DNA of 46,003 nt. Origin: Pseudomonadota bacterium (lineage in GTDB: Bacteria > Bdellovibrionota_F > JAHFAK01 > JBDREC01). The position numbers and the translations under genes were made by a program. Positions 8,277 to 16,999 of the stretch are shown here, piece after piece. The number at the start of each line of letters is the position of its first letter. Position 1 is the stretch's first letter. A model generated the notes under the pieces. The model was not told the DNA's origin. It saw only the letters and a program-made list of their open reading frames with translations, and ran no database searches. The stretch covers positions 1 to 46,003 of the forward strand of contig JBDREC010000024.1 in NCBI GenBank assembly GCA_043820105.1, in the 5' to 3' direction.

Positions 8277-8312
8277 GTTTGGGGGATATTAAATTTATTT
8301 TGGGGTGTTATT

Positions 8313-9824
8313 ATGAATCAGATAAATTCTAAAAGATGTTTTCTTCTTCTCTTTATTTTTACTTTATCTCTTCAATTTTCCGGACTCTTAATAGCCCAGG
8401 AAAGTTCACCCCAAGAATTGCGCGAAATCTTTGAAGCTATTGATGATGAAAATTATACTGAAAGAAAAAAAGTATCTCGGCAAATAGTCGAAAGGGCGGG
8501 TTATCATCTTAGGAATGACACTCCAACATTAGGAGCTATTATAAATCCTGATGCAGAGTTTAAGGATTTTAGATTAGGCAATCAGTTTTTAAAGATTCTT
8601 TTAGATAATCCCTATAAGGCTACAGCGTCTACTTATTTAGCAGCTTTCCAGCTATCAGGACATAGAATGACAGAGCTAACATATTCAGATAAAGCTCAGC
8701 AAAGACTTATTGATCTTTTCTCAAATGAATATGAACAGGGTGCTATTGGTAACATTCATCGCGTATATGCTGGATCTTTGATTTTGCAGCTACAAAGGAA
8801 TTCTAATAATACGCTTTTAATGAATACTAGTGATTTATTAATAAAAAACTTTGCAGAAGATATCAATTTTATTGATGCCTTTGTTGCAATTATAGGACTT
8901 TCGAATCATAAAGCTTCCCATACATTTCCTTATACTTTTGGAACCTGTTATGCAGGTCATACAAGATTAGTTTCTATTGCTTATCAGGTTACCAAGGCAT
9001 TGGCTGAGTTTGATGAAAGATACCAAAAATATGTTGAAGATTTTGATAAAGAGGTGGCATTATTTGAATCAGACCTGGGCTTTAATAATGATGCAATGGC
9101 TAGGTTTAAGTTTGATGTGAAATTAAAGAACCAAGATATAAATAATAATACTGCTTGGGATATTATGGATGTTGCTGAAACAAAGGAAAAAGATGAAGCT
9201 CTGAAATATCTAAAACTCATTATTGATAATGCAGAAAGAATTAATGATGGAATTGTAATGGATGCACTTTTAAAAATTCATAGTTTTGGTGAAGCCAGTA
9301 TAATTCCCGAAAATGTACAACTTATGTTAGTTTCTTCTTTTTTAGATGGAATAGATAGCAGTCAAAGAAAAATAAAACTTGGTGCTAGGTTATTTGCTGG
9401 AGTTTTAATTTTTCAATTTGCTGAAAACAAACAAAATAAAAAATTAAGACAATCTATTGATGGTATTGTTGAAAAAATGGCTGCTCAAGATGATCTCTTA
9501 AAAGAAATAGGCATATCATGGCAAGGAAAGAGGCTTTATGATGTTGCTTTACATTTTAGTGATAATCCAGAACTTGTTCCGTATTTTGAGCTTTTGGTAA
9601 GAATTGCTCAAGATATTGCATCTACACATCAAATGCTTCAGGATAGTGAGCGAAGAGAGCTTTGGACAAAGCTTTTTGAACAAATGCCAAGTTGGCCAAA
9701 CAGAGAATTTCCAGAATATTTGCTTTTAGAATTGAAAAGTTATCGTTCTGAAAAATTGAAATCTTTAAAAAACACTTCGATATCTTCTGCTGGTTCTTTA
9801 GGTTTTTGTATAAATTTATTTTAA
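8313..9824 (+). CDS. Secreted helical hypothetical protein with an internal duplication and CxxLF C-terminus
   Basis: ATG at 8313 after GGGGTG gives signal peptide MNQINSKRCFLLLFIFTLSLQFSGLLIA-QE; ends GFCINLF*. Confidence 0.8.
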   Translation: MNQINSKRCFLLLFIFTLSLQFSGLLIAQESSPQELREIFEAIDDENYTERKKVSRQIVERAGYHLRNDTPTLGAIINPDAEFKDFRLGNQFLKILLDNPYKATASTYLAAFQLSGHRMTELTYSDKAQQRLIDLFSNEYEQGAIGNIHRVYAGSLILQLQRNSNNTLLMNTSDLLIKNFAEDINFIDAFVAIIGLSNHKASHTFPYTFGTCYAGHTRLVSIAYQVTKALAEFDERYQKYVEDFDKEVALFESDLGFNNDAMARFKFDVKLKNQDINNNTAWDIMDVAETKEKDEALKYLKLIIDNAERINDGIVMDALLKIHSFGEASIIPENVQLMLVSSFLDGIDSSQRKIKLGARLFAGVLIFQFAENKQNKKLRQSIDGIVEKMAAQDDLLKEIGISWQGKRLYDVALHFSDNPELVPYFELLVRIAQDIASTHQMLQDSERRELWTKLFEQMPSWPNREFPEYLLLELKSYRSEKLKSLKNTSISSAGSLGFCINLF

Positions 9825-11206
9825 AAGCCAATCATAACAGCGATTGCTAAAAAGATAAAGGCTAGCAGGGATAGCAATAATTGAAGAGGCAAAATCCATT
9901 TTGCCCATGTTATCCAAGGAATTTTAGCTATTAGCAAGCATCCAAGCAAAACTCCATGAGTAGGATTAATCATATTTGTAAAGCCATCACCAAATTGAAA
10001 AGCAAGGACTGTGACTTGTCTTGAAACTCCAATTAAATCTCCAAGTGGCGCCATGATCGGAATAGTTAGGGCTGCTTGACCTGATCCAGATGGAACAAAG
10101 AAATTAATAAAAGTTTGAACAATAAACATAATCCAAGATGAAACTATTGCAGGCAAGCCTGAAGCTAGGTTTGATAGGTAATATAAGATAGTATCAATAA
10201 TATGGCCATCTGATGCTACAACTAAAATCGCGCGAGCAAATCCAATGATGATAGCAGCTGCTACCATGTCTTTAGCGCCTTCTGCAAAAGTCTCAGCCAT
10301 TTTATTTATTCCCATTCTACTGACAATTCCACAGACAAGTCCAATTGCAACAAACAAGGCAGCAATTTCTTCAATATACCAACCCCATTTCATAACGCCC
10401 ACAACAAGCATGATCATTCCAAGAGTAAATGAAATCAAAACAAGATAATGAGATGTTGTCATTTTTGTCTCTTCTTGATCAAATTCAGGATGCTCTTTTT
10501 TAAGTTTTAAGTCTGACTCATAGACAGGGCTAGCTTTAGGATTTTTCTTTATTTTTCGAGCATAAAGCATTGTGAAAATAATTCCAGTTGTTGTTATGAC
10601 AAACCAGCAAATTGTTCTATACCACCATCCAGATACAGGTGGAAGCTCTGCTATTCCTTGAGCCACTTGCACGGTAAAAGGATTTATCATTGCAGCTGAA
10701 AAGCCAAGCCCTGAGCCAACCCAAGCTATTGTTACAGCTACAATCGAGTCATAGCCAAGGGCAAAACAAAAAGGGATTAGTAGAATTATAAAAGGCAGAG
10801 TCTCTTCACACATCCCAAATACAGCTCCACCCATAGAAAAAAGAAGCATTAAAATTGGAATAATTAATATTTCATTTTTACCAAGTTTTTTAGTAATTCT
10901 TGTAATAAAGGTTGTTACAGCACCTGTTTTGTAAATAATAGCAAAAACACCACCCACTAAAAATACAAAGGCTATAATTTCAGCTACAGCTACCATTCCT
11001 TTTATTGGAGCTAATAAAAAAGCAAATATGCCTTGAGGATTTGATTCAATTCTGTGGTAAGAATCAGCAACAACAATGGTTCTGCCTGCTTCATTTTTCA
11101 TGGTATCAAACTGACCTGCAGGAATTATCCAGGTTAATGCAGCTACTATTGCTATAAACATGAAGATTAGGGCAATGGTATGAGGGATTTTGATTTTTTC
11201 TAGCAT
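9821..11206 (-). CDS. yfcC: YfcC family (DcuC-like) putative basic amino acid antiporter
   Basis: Multi-pass membrane protein with IPHT, TWIIPAGQF, GMCEET, NPFTVxVAQxIAELP, PSGSGQA, PIMAPL and AFQFGDG motifs; AAGGAG RBS. Confidence 0.9.
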   Translation of the reverse strand: MLEKIKIPHTIALIFMFIAIVAALTWIIPAGQFDTMKNEAGRTIVVADSYHRIESNPQGIFAFLLAPIKGMVAVAEIIAFVFLVGGVFAIIYKTGAVTTFITRITKKLGKNEILIIPILMLLFSMGGAVFGMCEETLPFIILLIPFCFALGYDSIVAVTIAWVGSGLGFSAAMINPFTVQVAQGIAELPPVSGWWYRTICWFVITTTGIIFTMLYARKIKKNPKASPVYESDLKLKKEHPEFDQEETKMTTSHYLVLISFTLGMIMLVVGVMKWGWYIEEIAALFVAIGLVCGIVSRMGINKMAETFAEGAKDMVAAAIIIGFARAILVVASDGHIIDTILYYLSNLASGLPAIVSSWIMFIVQTFINFFVPSGSGQAALTIPIMAPLGDLIGVSRQVTVLAFQFGDGFTNMINPTHGVLLGCLLIAKIPWITWAKWILPLQLLLSLLAFIFLAIAVMIGF

Positions 11207-11265
11207 TACTTGCTCCTTTGGGATATGAAAGAAACGGTAGTAAAATGGAAAAAATAATAGAAATC

Positions 11266-11480
11266 AAGGGAAAATAAGGGAACAAGAGCGCAAGGGAACA
11301 AGGGAACAAGGGAACAAGGGAACAAGGGAACAAGGATTAGTATTTGGTAATCAGGATTCGGTCATCAGTATTCGCGATCATACTGGTGACAGGTGCCACA
11401 TTGATTATTGATTGTTTTTTATAAACCCCTGGTAACGTGGCTCATGTTTCCTTGCGCTCCTGCGCTCTTGTTCTTTTTCC
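11266..11480. repeat. Composite repeat element: octamer (AAGGGAAC)n, internal heptamers and an inverted octamer end
   Basis: About 8 octamer units at 11266..11335, gtattca-like heptamers at 11338..11375, ttgatta units at ~11401, and cttgcgctcctgcgctcttgttc at 11451..11473 complementary to gaacaagagcgcaagg. Confidence 0.85.
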
Positions 11481-11493
11481 TCATTATATTTCT

Positions 11494-11522
11494 TTGACAA
11501 AAATATGCTCATTAATTAACTT
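11494..11522 (+). promoter_or_regulatory. Sigma70-type promoter
   Basis: TTGACA-17 nt-TAACTT upstream of 11536. Confidence 0.5.
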
Positions 11523-11535
11523 ATAAAAAAATAAA

Positions 11536-12006
11536 ATGGATATAATAATGGTTCAAAAAAAAGTTAAAATGATGAAAGTGAAAAAGAAAGCTACTAAAAA
11601 AGCTATTTCAAAGAAAAGTGAAAAAAAGAAAAGAACTCCTAGAAGCAAGCGGATTGCAAGGCTTTTATTAAATGAAATTGAAAGAGTTGTGGATAATGTT
11701 GAATTTAGAAGGGATCTTTTATTTAAAATTTGGTCAGGGTATAGAACTAGAAAACCATTTATAAGTACCTTAAAGTCTGGTTATTTTGATCTGCCTTTAA
11801 CTGAATTGGCTGACTTTCAAGTGGAGACTCTTATTTCCTTAGAAGCTTTTTATAGAAACCTTGATCAGCTTACTTTTTATATTGAATATACAGAAGATAT
11901 GCCAACGACTATGAAAAAAAGCTTTGATATCCAATTTGAAAAATTAAAAAACCTATCCTTAGAAACGATTCAAAAGATTAATGAAAACGAATTGCAAATC
12001 TTTTGA
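11536..12006 (+). CDS. Hypothetical protein with a Lys-rich N-terminus
   Basis: 156-aa ORF with a helical body and a YxEYTEDMP motif; exact start uncertain. Confidence 0.75.
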   Translation: MDIIMVQKKVKMMKVKKKATKKAISKKSEKKKRTPRSKRIARLLLNEIERVVDNVEFRRDLLFKIWSGYRTRKPFISTLKSGYFDLPLTELADFQVETLISLEAFYRNLDQLTFYIEYTEDMPTTMKKSFDIQFEKLKNLSLETIQKINENELQIF

Positions 12007-12062
12007 AATTTTTTTCTTGAATAACCTGTTTCTATATGTAACAAGGCTTCAATATGAATATT

Positions 12063-12108
12063 CGCTGTACTCCTTACGCCGTACGCTGTACGCTGTACGC
12101 TGTGCTAG
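12063..12108. repeat. Heptamer tandem repeat (GTACGCT)n in the NifU leader
   Basis: 12075..12101 is identical to the reverse complement of 1486..1512. Confidence 0.9.
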
Positions 12109-12141
12109 CTTTTACACTTAAATTAAAAAATGGAGACAATA

Positions 12142-12360
12142 ATGGAAGAACAAGTAAAAAAAGTATTAGAAGAAATCAGACCAATGCTTCAAGCAGATGG
12201 TGGAGATATTGAATTTATCGCACTAGAAGGAGATGTTGTTAAGGTTAGGCTTCAAGGAGCATGTGCTCATTGTCCTGGCGCACAAATGACTCTTAAAAAT
12301 GGGGTTGAAAGAATTTTAAAAGAAAAAGTTGAAGGCGTAGGAAGTGTTGAGGCTGTTTAG
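12142..12360 (+). CDS. NifU C-terminal (Nfu-type) Fe-S cluster carrier
   Basis: IRPMLQADGGDIE...VRLQGACAHCP...TLKNGVE. GGAG precedes the ATG at 12142 (the ORF track starts at 12130). Confidence 0.93.
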   Translation: MEEQVKKVLEEIRPMLQADGGDIEFIALEGDVVKVRLQGACAHCPGAQMTLKNGVERILKEKVEGVGSVEAV

Positions 12361-12756
12361 TTAATCAGTTGCACACATATTTTTTATATCATTCAATTCT
12401 CTTTTTATCTTGGTAAGAGCCTCTGTTGGAAAAGAGCCTTTACTTACTTCAATTACTTTTTCAACAATACTTTTTTCTTCAAGAATTGGATTGTTTTCTA
12501 GTAAAACCTTTTTTGCACCCTCAATTGTATATTTATCAGTATAAAGCAATTTATGTAATTTAAAAAAGAAAATTATATCATCTTTTCTATATACTCTCTG
12601 ATTTGCAGTGTTCTTAAGGGTTTTAACGTTGAACTCTGATTCCCAAAAACGAATAACTGATGTTTTAACATCTAAAAGCTTTGAAAGCTCTCCTATTTTA
12701 TAATAGTTCTTATTTGGGTTTAAGCCAGAGTTTACCAGTATGTCTGTTAATTCCAT
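12361..12756 (-). CDS. MerR family HTH transcriptional regulator
   Basis: YYKIGELSKLLDVKTSVIRFWESEF...QRVY...LLYTDKYTIEGAK. Confidence 0.92.
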   Translation of the reverse strand: MELTDILVNSGLNPNKNYYKIGELSKLLDVKTSVIRFWESEFNVKTLKNTANQRVYRKDDIIFFFKLHKLLYTDKYTIEGAKKVLLENNPILEEKSIVEKVIEVSKGSFPTEALTKIKRELNDIKNMCATD

Positions 12757-13928
12757 TTTAAAGACCTCAATAATTTTAATAAAAAACCTTTTTTCATGTC
12801 AATTGCCTCTTCAGGACATGTTTCCTGACAGCAATAACATCTTATACAATTTTTATAGTCAATAAAAACTTTTTTATGCACTACTGACATAACCTTAGCA
12901 GGACAAATATTAACACATGTATTGCATAATGTGCAATCTTTATGTGAAATGTTTGGTCTATCTGTTATGAAGTTTTGAAGTAAGGGTAATAAGAATTTTG
13001 GAATACGTTCTGTTTGTATTGGAACAAGTGTTGGGATATCAAGATTTTTAAGATATGAATTTTCAGTACTATCTCCCAGGCATTGAATATCTTCAGTGCC
13101 ATATCCACTAATATTAAGAGATGCTAATATATCCAAATAAGGTACACGCTTTGGTGATATGTCAAGCATTTGACAAATTACATGGTCAATTGCAATGCAA
13201 TCTTGTCCAGTAATAATATAGCCCCAATCCCTTGGTGTGCCAGCAGCTGGTCCATTTCCTTCCATTATTGTTATCCCATCAACAATTGACAAGGAAGGTT
13301 TAACCTTTTTATAAATTGCAATTAAAAGTTCAGCAAAAACATTTTTTGAATCAGCAAGCTTTAGATGCCACTGTGGTTTTTCAAGACCCACAACAAGACC
13401 AAATAGGTTTTTAACAGACAGGGTCATTGTCATTTGGGCATGAGTTTTTACCTTAGCAAGGTTAATAATTTTATCAAATTCCATGGCTTCCTGTGAAAGT
13501 TCGATTTTTTTATACTTTGTATAAGCTATGTCATAAGCCTTTGGTGTCTGTAGTGGAGTAATTTTCACATCAAGTTTTTCAAGATCTTCAATGATATTTA
13601 ATTTTTTCAAAACACCCTTAAGTGTTCCAAATGCGGGAGAATCGCCAATTGATAAGTTGTGATATCCATGGTCCTTTAGAAGTTCAATTGTAGCTAGAAT
13701 TATTGATGGATGTGTAAGTATATGTTTTTCAGGAAGTGCAGGCCTTAAAAAGTTGGGTTTAATTAGAATTTTATCTTTTGCTTTTACAAAATTATCTATG
13801 CCTCCAATCAGTTTTATGGATTCTATAATTTTTTCTTTAATTATTGTTTTGTCATAAGTTGTACATTTTTTAATCACAATATTTTTTGAGGGCACGGGAA
13901 TTCTCAAGATAAATAAAATTGAAAGCAT
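12747..13928 (-). CDS. DUF362 domain protein with a C-terminal 2x[4Fe-4S] ferredoxin
   Basis: ILIKPNF, THP, IGDSP, KVKTH, KNLFG, DGITIMEGNGP; CTLCNTCVNICP and CIRCYCCQETCP. Start may be a few codons downstream. Confidence 0.92.
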   Translation of the reverse strand: MLSILFILRIPVPSKNIVIKKCTTYDKTIIKEKIIESIKLIGGIDNFVKAKDKILIKPNFLRPALPEKHILTHPSIILATIELLKDHGYHNLSIGDSPAFGTLKGVLKKLNIIEDLEKLDVKITPLQTPKAYDIAYTKYKKIELSQEAMEFDKIINLAKVKTHAQMTMTLSVKNLFGLVVGLEKPQWHLKLADSKNVFAELLIAIYKKVKPSLSIVDGITIMEGNGPAAGTPRDWGYIITGQDCIAIDHVICQMLDISPKRVPYLDILASLNISGYGTEDIQCLGDSTENSYLKNLDIPTLVPIQTERIPKFLLPLLQNFITDRPNISHKDCTLCNTCVNICPAKVMSVVHKKVFIDYKNCIRCYCCQETCPEEAIDMKKGFLLKLLRSLKWN

Positions 13929-14034
13929 TTTATCTAGAATAAAAAAAAATTCAATATAAATACGAATCTTGATATTTTTTGTAAAAGTTTATATTTTTTC
14001 ACTACTTTATGAATTTCTTGTTTTAAGGTAAATT

Positions 14035-15192
14035 ATGCCAAAAATTGATGCTTTCTTTAAGTTTATGGTTGAAAATGGATCAAGTGATCTTCACATGGCT
14101 GTTGGCGCACCGCCTATGATTAGGCAAAGTGGTGAAATGCGACCAATAAAGTTTAAAGAACTTACAAGTGAAGGCAATAAAATAATGTTCTATGAAATCC
14201 TCAATGATGTACAAAGAGAAACCTTTGAAAAAAGAGGAGACCTCGATTTTGCATACGAGATTGAGGGACTGGCTAGATTTCGTGGAAATCTTTTTATGCA
14301 AAGAAAAGGACCAAGCGCTGTTTTTAGGATTATTCCTTCAACAGTATTAAGTGCTCAACAATTAAACTTGCCTGAATCTGTGCTGCGATTCGCGAAACTT
14401 CACAAGGGAATGGTTTTAGTTACTGGCCCTACAGGGTCTGGTAAATCTACAACCCTTGCTGCTATTATAGATCATATTAATGAAACAAGAAGAGATCACA
14501 TTCTAACAGTAGAAGATCCAATTGAATTTGTGCATAAGAATAAAAGGTGCCTTGTAAACCAAAGAGAAGTTAAGGTTCACACCGAATCGTTTGCATCTGC
14601 GTTAAAGGGTGCACTTAGGCAGGATCCTGATATTATTCTTGTTGGTGAAATGAGAGATCTTGAAACAATAGAACTTGCTTGTACTGCAGCTGAAACAGGG
14701 CACTTGGTTTTTGGAACTCTTCACACTATCAGTGCACCGAAGACAGTTGACAGGCTTATTAATGTTTTCCCAATGGGACAACAAGACCAAATTAGAATGA
14801 TGCTTTCAGAATCAGTTAAAGGTGTTGTTTCTCAGACTCTTTGCAAGAAAAAAGGTGGAGGCCGAGTTGCTGCTTTAGAGATTATGTATGTTACCTCTGC
14901 TATTGCAAACCTAATTCGAGAAGGAAAGACCTTTCAATTAAAGTCATCAATTCAAACTGGTCGATCTCAAGGTATGCAAACAATTGATCAAGCCTTGATG
15001 GACTTATTGCAGAGTGAGCAAATAGAAATAGAAGAAGCTATGAACCACGCCCAGGAGAAAAAGCTCTTTGAAGGCTATCTTGCACAAAAGCCAAAAGAAA
15101 GACCCACGCTAAGAACAATGCCAGGCTCACAGGATGCAGGTACTATAAAAAAACCAGAAGTTGAGCAGGTTACAAAAAGACCTGGTACCTAA
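14035..15192 (+). CDS. pilT: Type IV pilus retraction ATPase PilT
   Basis: SSDLH, RFRGN, Walker A GPTGSGKSTT, TVEDPIEF, LRQDPDIILVGEMRD, GHLVFGTLHT, AIANLIRE and GMQT. Confidence 0.96.
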   Translation: MPKIDAFFKFMVENGSSDLHMAVGAPPMIRQSGEMRPIKFKELTSEGNKIMFYEILNDVQRETFEKRGDLDFAYEIEGLARFRGNLFMQRKGPSAVFRIIPSTVLSAQQLNLPESVLRFAKLHKGMVLVTGPTGSGKSTTLAAIIDHINETRRDHILTVEDPIEFVHKNKRCLVNQREVKVHTESFASALKGALRQDPDIILVGEMRDLETIELACTAAETGHLVFGTLHTISAPKTVDRLINVFPMGQQDQIRMMLSESVKGVVSQTLCKKKGGGRVAALEIMYVTSAIANLIREGKTFQLKSSIQTGRSQGMQTIDQALMDLLQSEQIEIEEAMNHAQEKKLFEGYLAQKPKERPTLRTMPGSQDAGTIKKPEVEQVTKRPGT

Positions 15193-15208
15193 GCTATAGG
15201 GGTTGCAA

Positions 15209-15238
15209 AAAAAACCAAGCCAATAGGTTTTGGTTTTG
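15209..15238 (+). terminator. Probable intrinsic terminator after pilT
   Basis: AAAACCAAGCC-AATA-GGTTTTGGTTTT imperfect inverted repeat with A and T tails. Confidence 0.5.
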
Positions 15239-15278
15239 TTTATATAAAAAATATTTTAATTTTATATAGGTAAATTAA

Positions 15279-16999
15279 ATGTCAGATCAAAGAGAAAAAA
15301 TAAATGCCTTAATTGCTAATTTAAAAAAAGCAATTGCAGATCAAGTTGCACTAGGTAATACAGCTATGATTTTTCCTTCTGGTGGAGCAATGCAGGTCAA
15401 GACCCAGGGTAAATTTGTTCCATCAAAAAATGTTTTGATAAATCCAAATGTTTGGACCTTTTTTGCAAAGCATATTATTGGTGAAAGTGCTGGCAAGGAT
15501 CTTTTGGCTGTTACAAATGATGAGCTTAATTCTTATGTTGGATCAAATATTCAATATATCTTGCTCGTTAATATCAGTGGAAAAGAAGAAGCAAAAACCT
15601 TTAATGTTTTTTTTGAAGAAGATACTATTCAAAGAATAAATAGAATTAGAATGGAAATAGAAGAAGAGGTTAAATTTGGGGACCTTGGAATTGAAAAGGA
15701 TCCTGCTTCTCTAGCTTCTGATGAAGAGCTTATGTCTTGGTTTGATTCTTTTTGTACTAAAGTTTTAAATAATGGTACTTTTAAGGTTAAGGATATTGTC
15801 TTATCTCCTTCTAAGGCTAATCCATTTGTTTCAACAACAAGTGGAATATTTGCCCCAATTGAATGTGTAACTTTTAATCATCAAACAAAAATAATTGATA
15901 AAATTGGTGCTATGATGATTAAAATGTCTCAAAATGCTGATCTTATTGAAATTTTTAATAATAATAAGGGACGTTTTGATACGCTTGATGTAGATACTTC
16001 ATATAAAACAAAAACAGGAGCTAGGTTCAGAGTTAATATTGCAGATGCAATTGGAGATGGTATTGAGCACGGTACTTTAATTGTTATGAAAGCTCTGCCT
16101 GAAAGACCCTGGGCCTTTGAAGATTTAGTACTGCCTGCTTTAGTCCAAAATGTAATATCAAATTTAAAATCAGGGCTTATATTAATTTGCGGTCCTTCAG
16201 GATGTGGAAAATCAACAACACTATGTTCAATTCTTGACTACTTGCTAAGAAAAAAGTCAGTTAATCTGATGACAATTGAAAGTCCAATTGAAACTATATT
16301 TCCTGCAAATGAATATAAAAAATCAGTTGTATCTCAAAGAGAAATTGGCAAACATTCTCTTACAAAAAGAAATGCACTTGATAGTTTATCAAGACAATCT
16401 CTTAATGTTACAATGCTTGGCGATATTAGAAGCCTTGATGACGCTAAAGCAGCTCTTGATTTAGCTCAAAGCGGGTCTTTAGTTTTGGCCAATGTTCAAT
16501 GTAGTAGTTTATCAGAATCCATTGATAAGATTTTAGACCTTTTTCCAGCTGATCAAGAAAAGAAAATTCGTGAGACTTTATCAGTTCAATATAAGCTGGG
16601 GGTTTGCCAAAACCTAATAAAGGAACAGATGGAGAATCAAAGCTTGCAGTTGAAGTGATGAAGATGTGTGCTGATGTTAAGGCTTATATTACGGGCACTC
16701 AAGATGATGACAGGAAATTTAGCATTCGGGAGATTCTGGAAATGTTCAGAGAAACTATGCACACACAATCTCTTGACCAGTCAATGTCTGATTATTTGAG
16801 GAAAGGAGAAATAACAGAAGATGATCTTATGTTTAATTCTCCTGATGCTGAAGCTGTTATTCATAGACAGACAAAACTTGATATTAAACTTGGTACAAAA
16901 TGGGATCCAACGGGCGCTTTAATTCAAAAAGCACTGGATCAACAATTAGTTATGCAACAAACTAAAGAAGACTCAGAGGAGGAAGCAAATGCCTCTTAA
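15279..16999 (+). pseudogene. Divergent PilT/PilU-like ATPase split by a 1-nt frameshift near 16620 (ORFs 15279..16658 and 16604..16999); may be intact in vivo
   Basis: RFRVN, GPSGCGKSTT, TIESPIE, QREIG, MLGDIR. Adding one A gives CQNLIKGTDGESKLAVEVM, matching PilT SQTLCKKKGGGRVAALEIM. Confidence 0.8.

Noticed and set aside
11106-11333. ORF MFPCSLVPLFPCSL...
   Set aside because: Translation of the octamer repeat; overlaps the yfcC start.
11266-11335. CRISPR array
   Set aside because: Contiguous 8-mer units with no unique spacers, and no cas genes in the window.
16604-16999. Independent 131-aa gene
   Set aside because: It is the C-terminal part of the PilT-like ATPase in a shifted frame.
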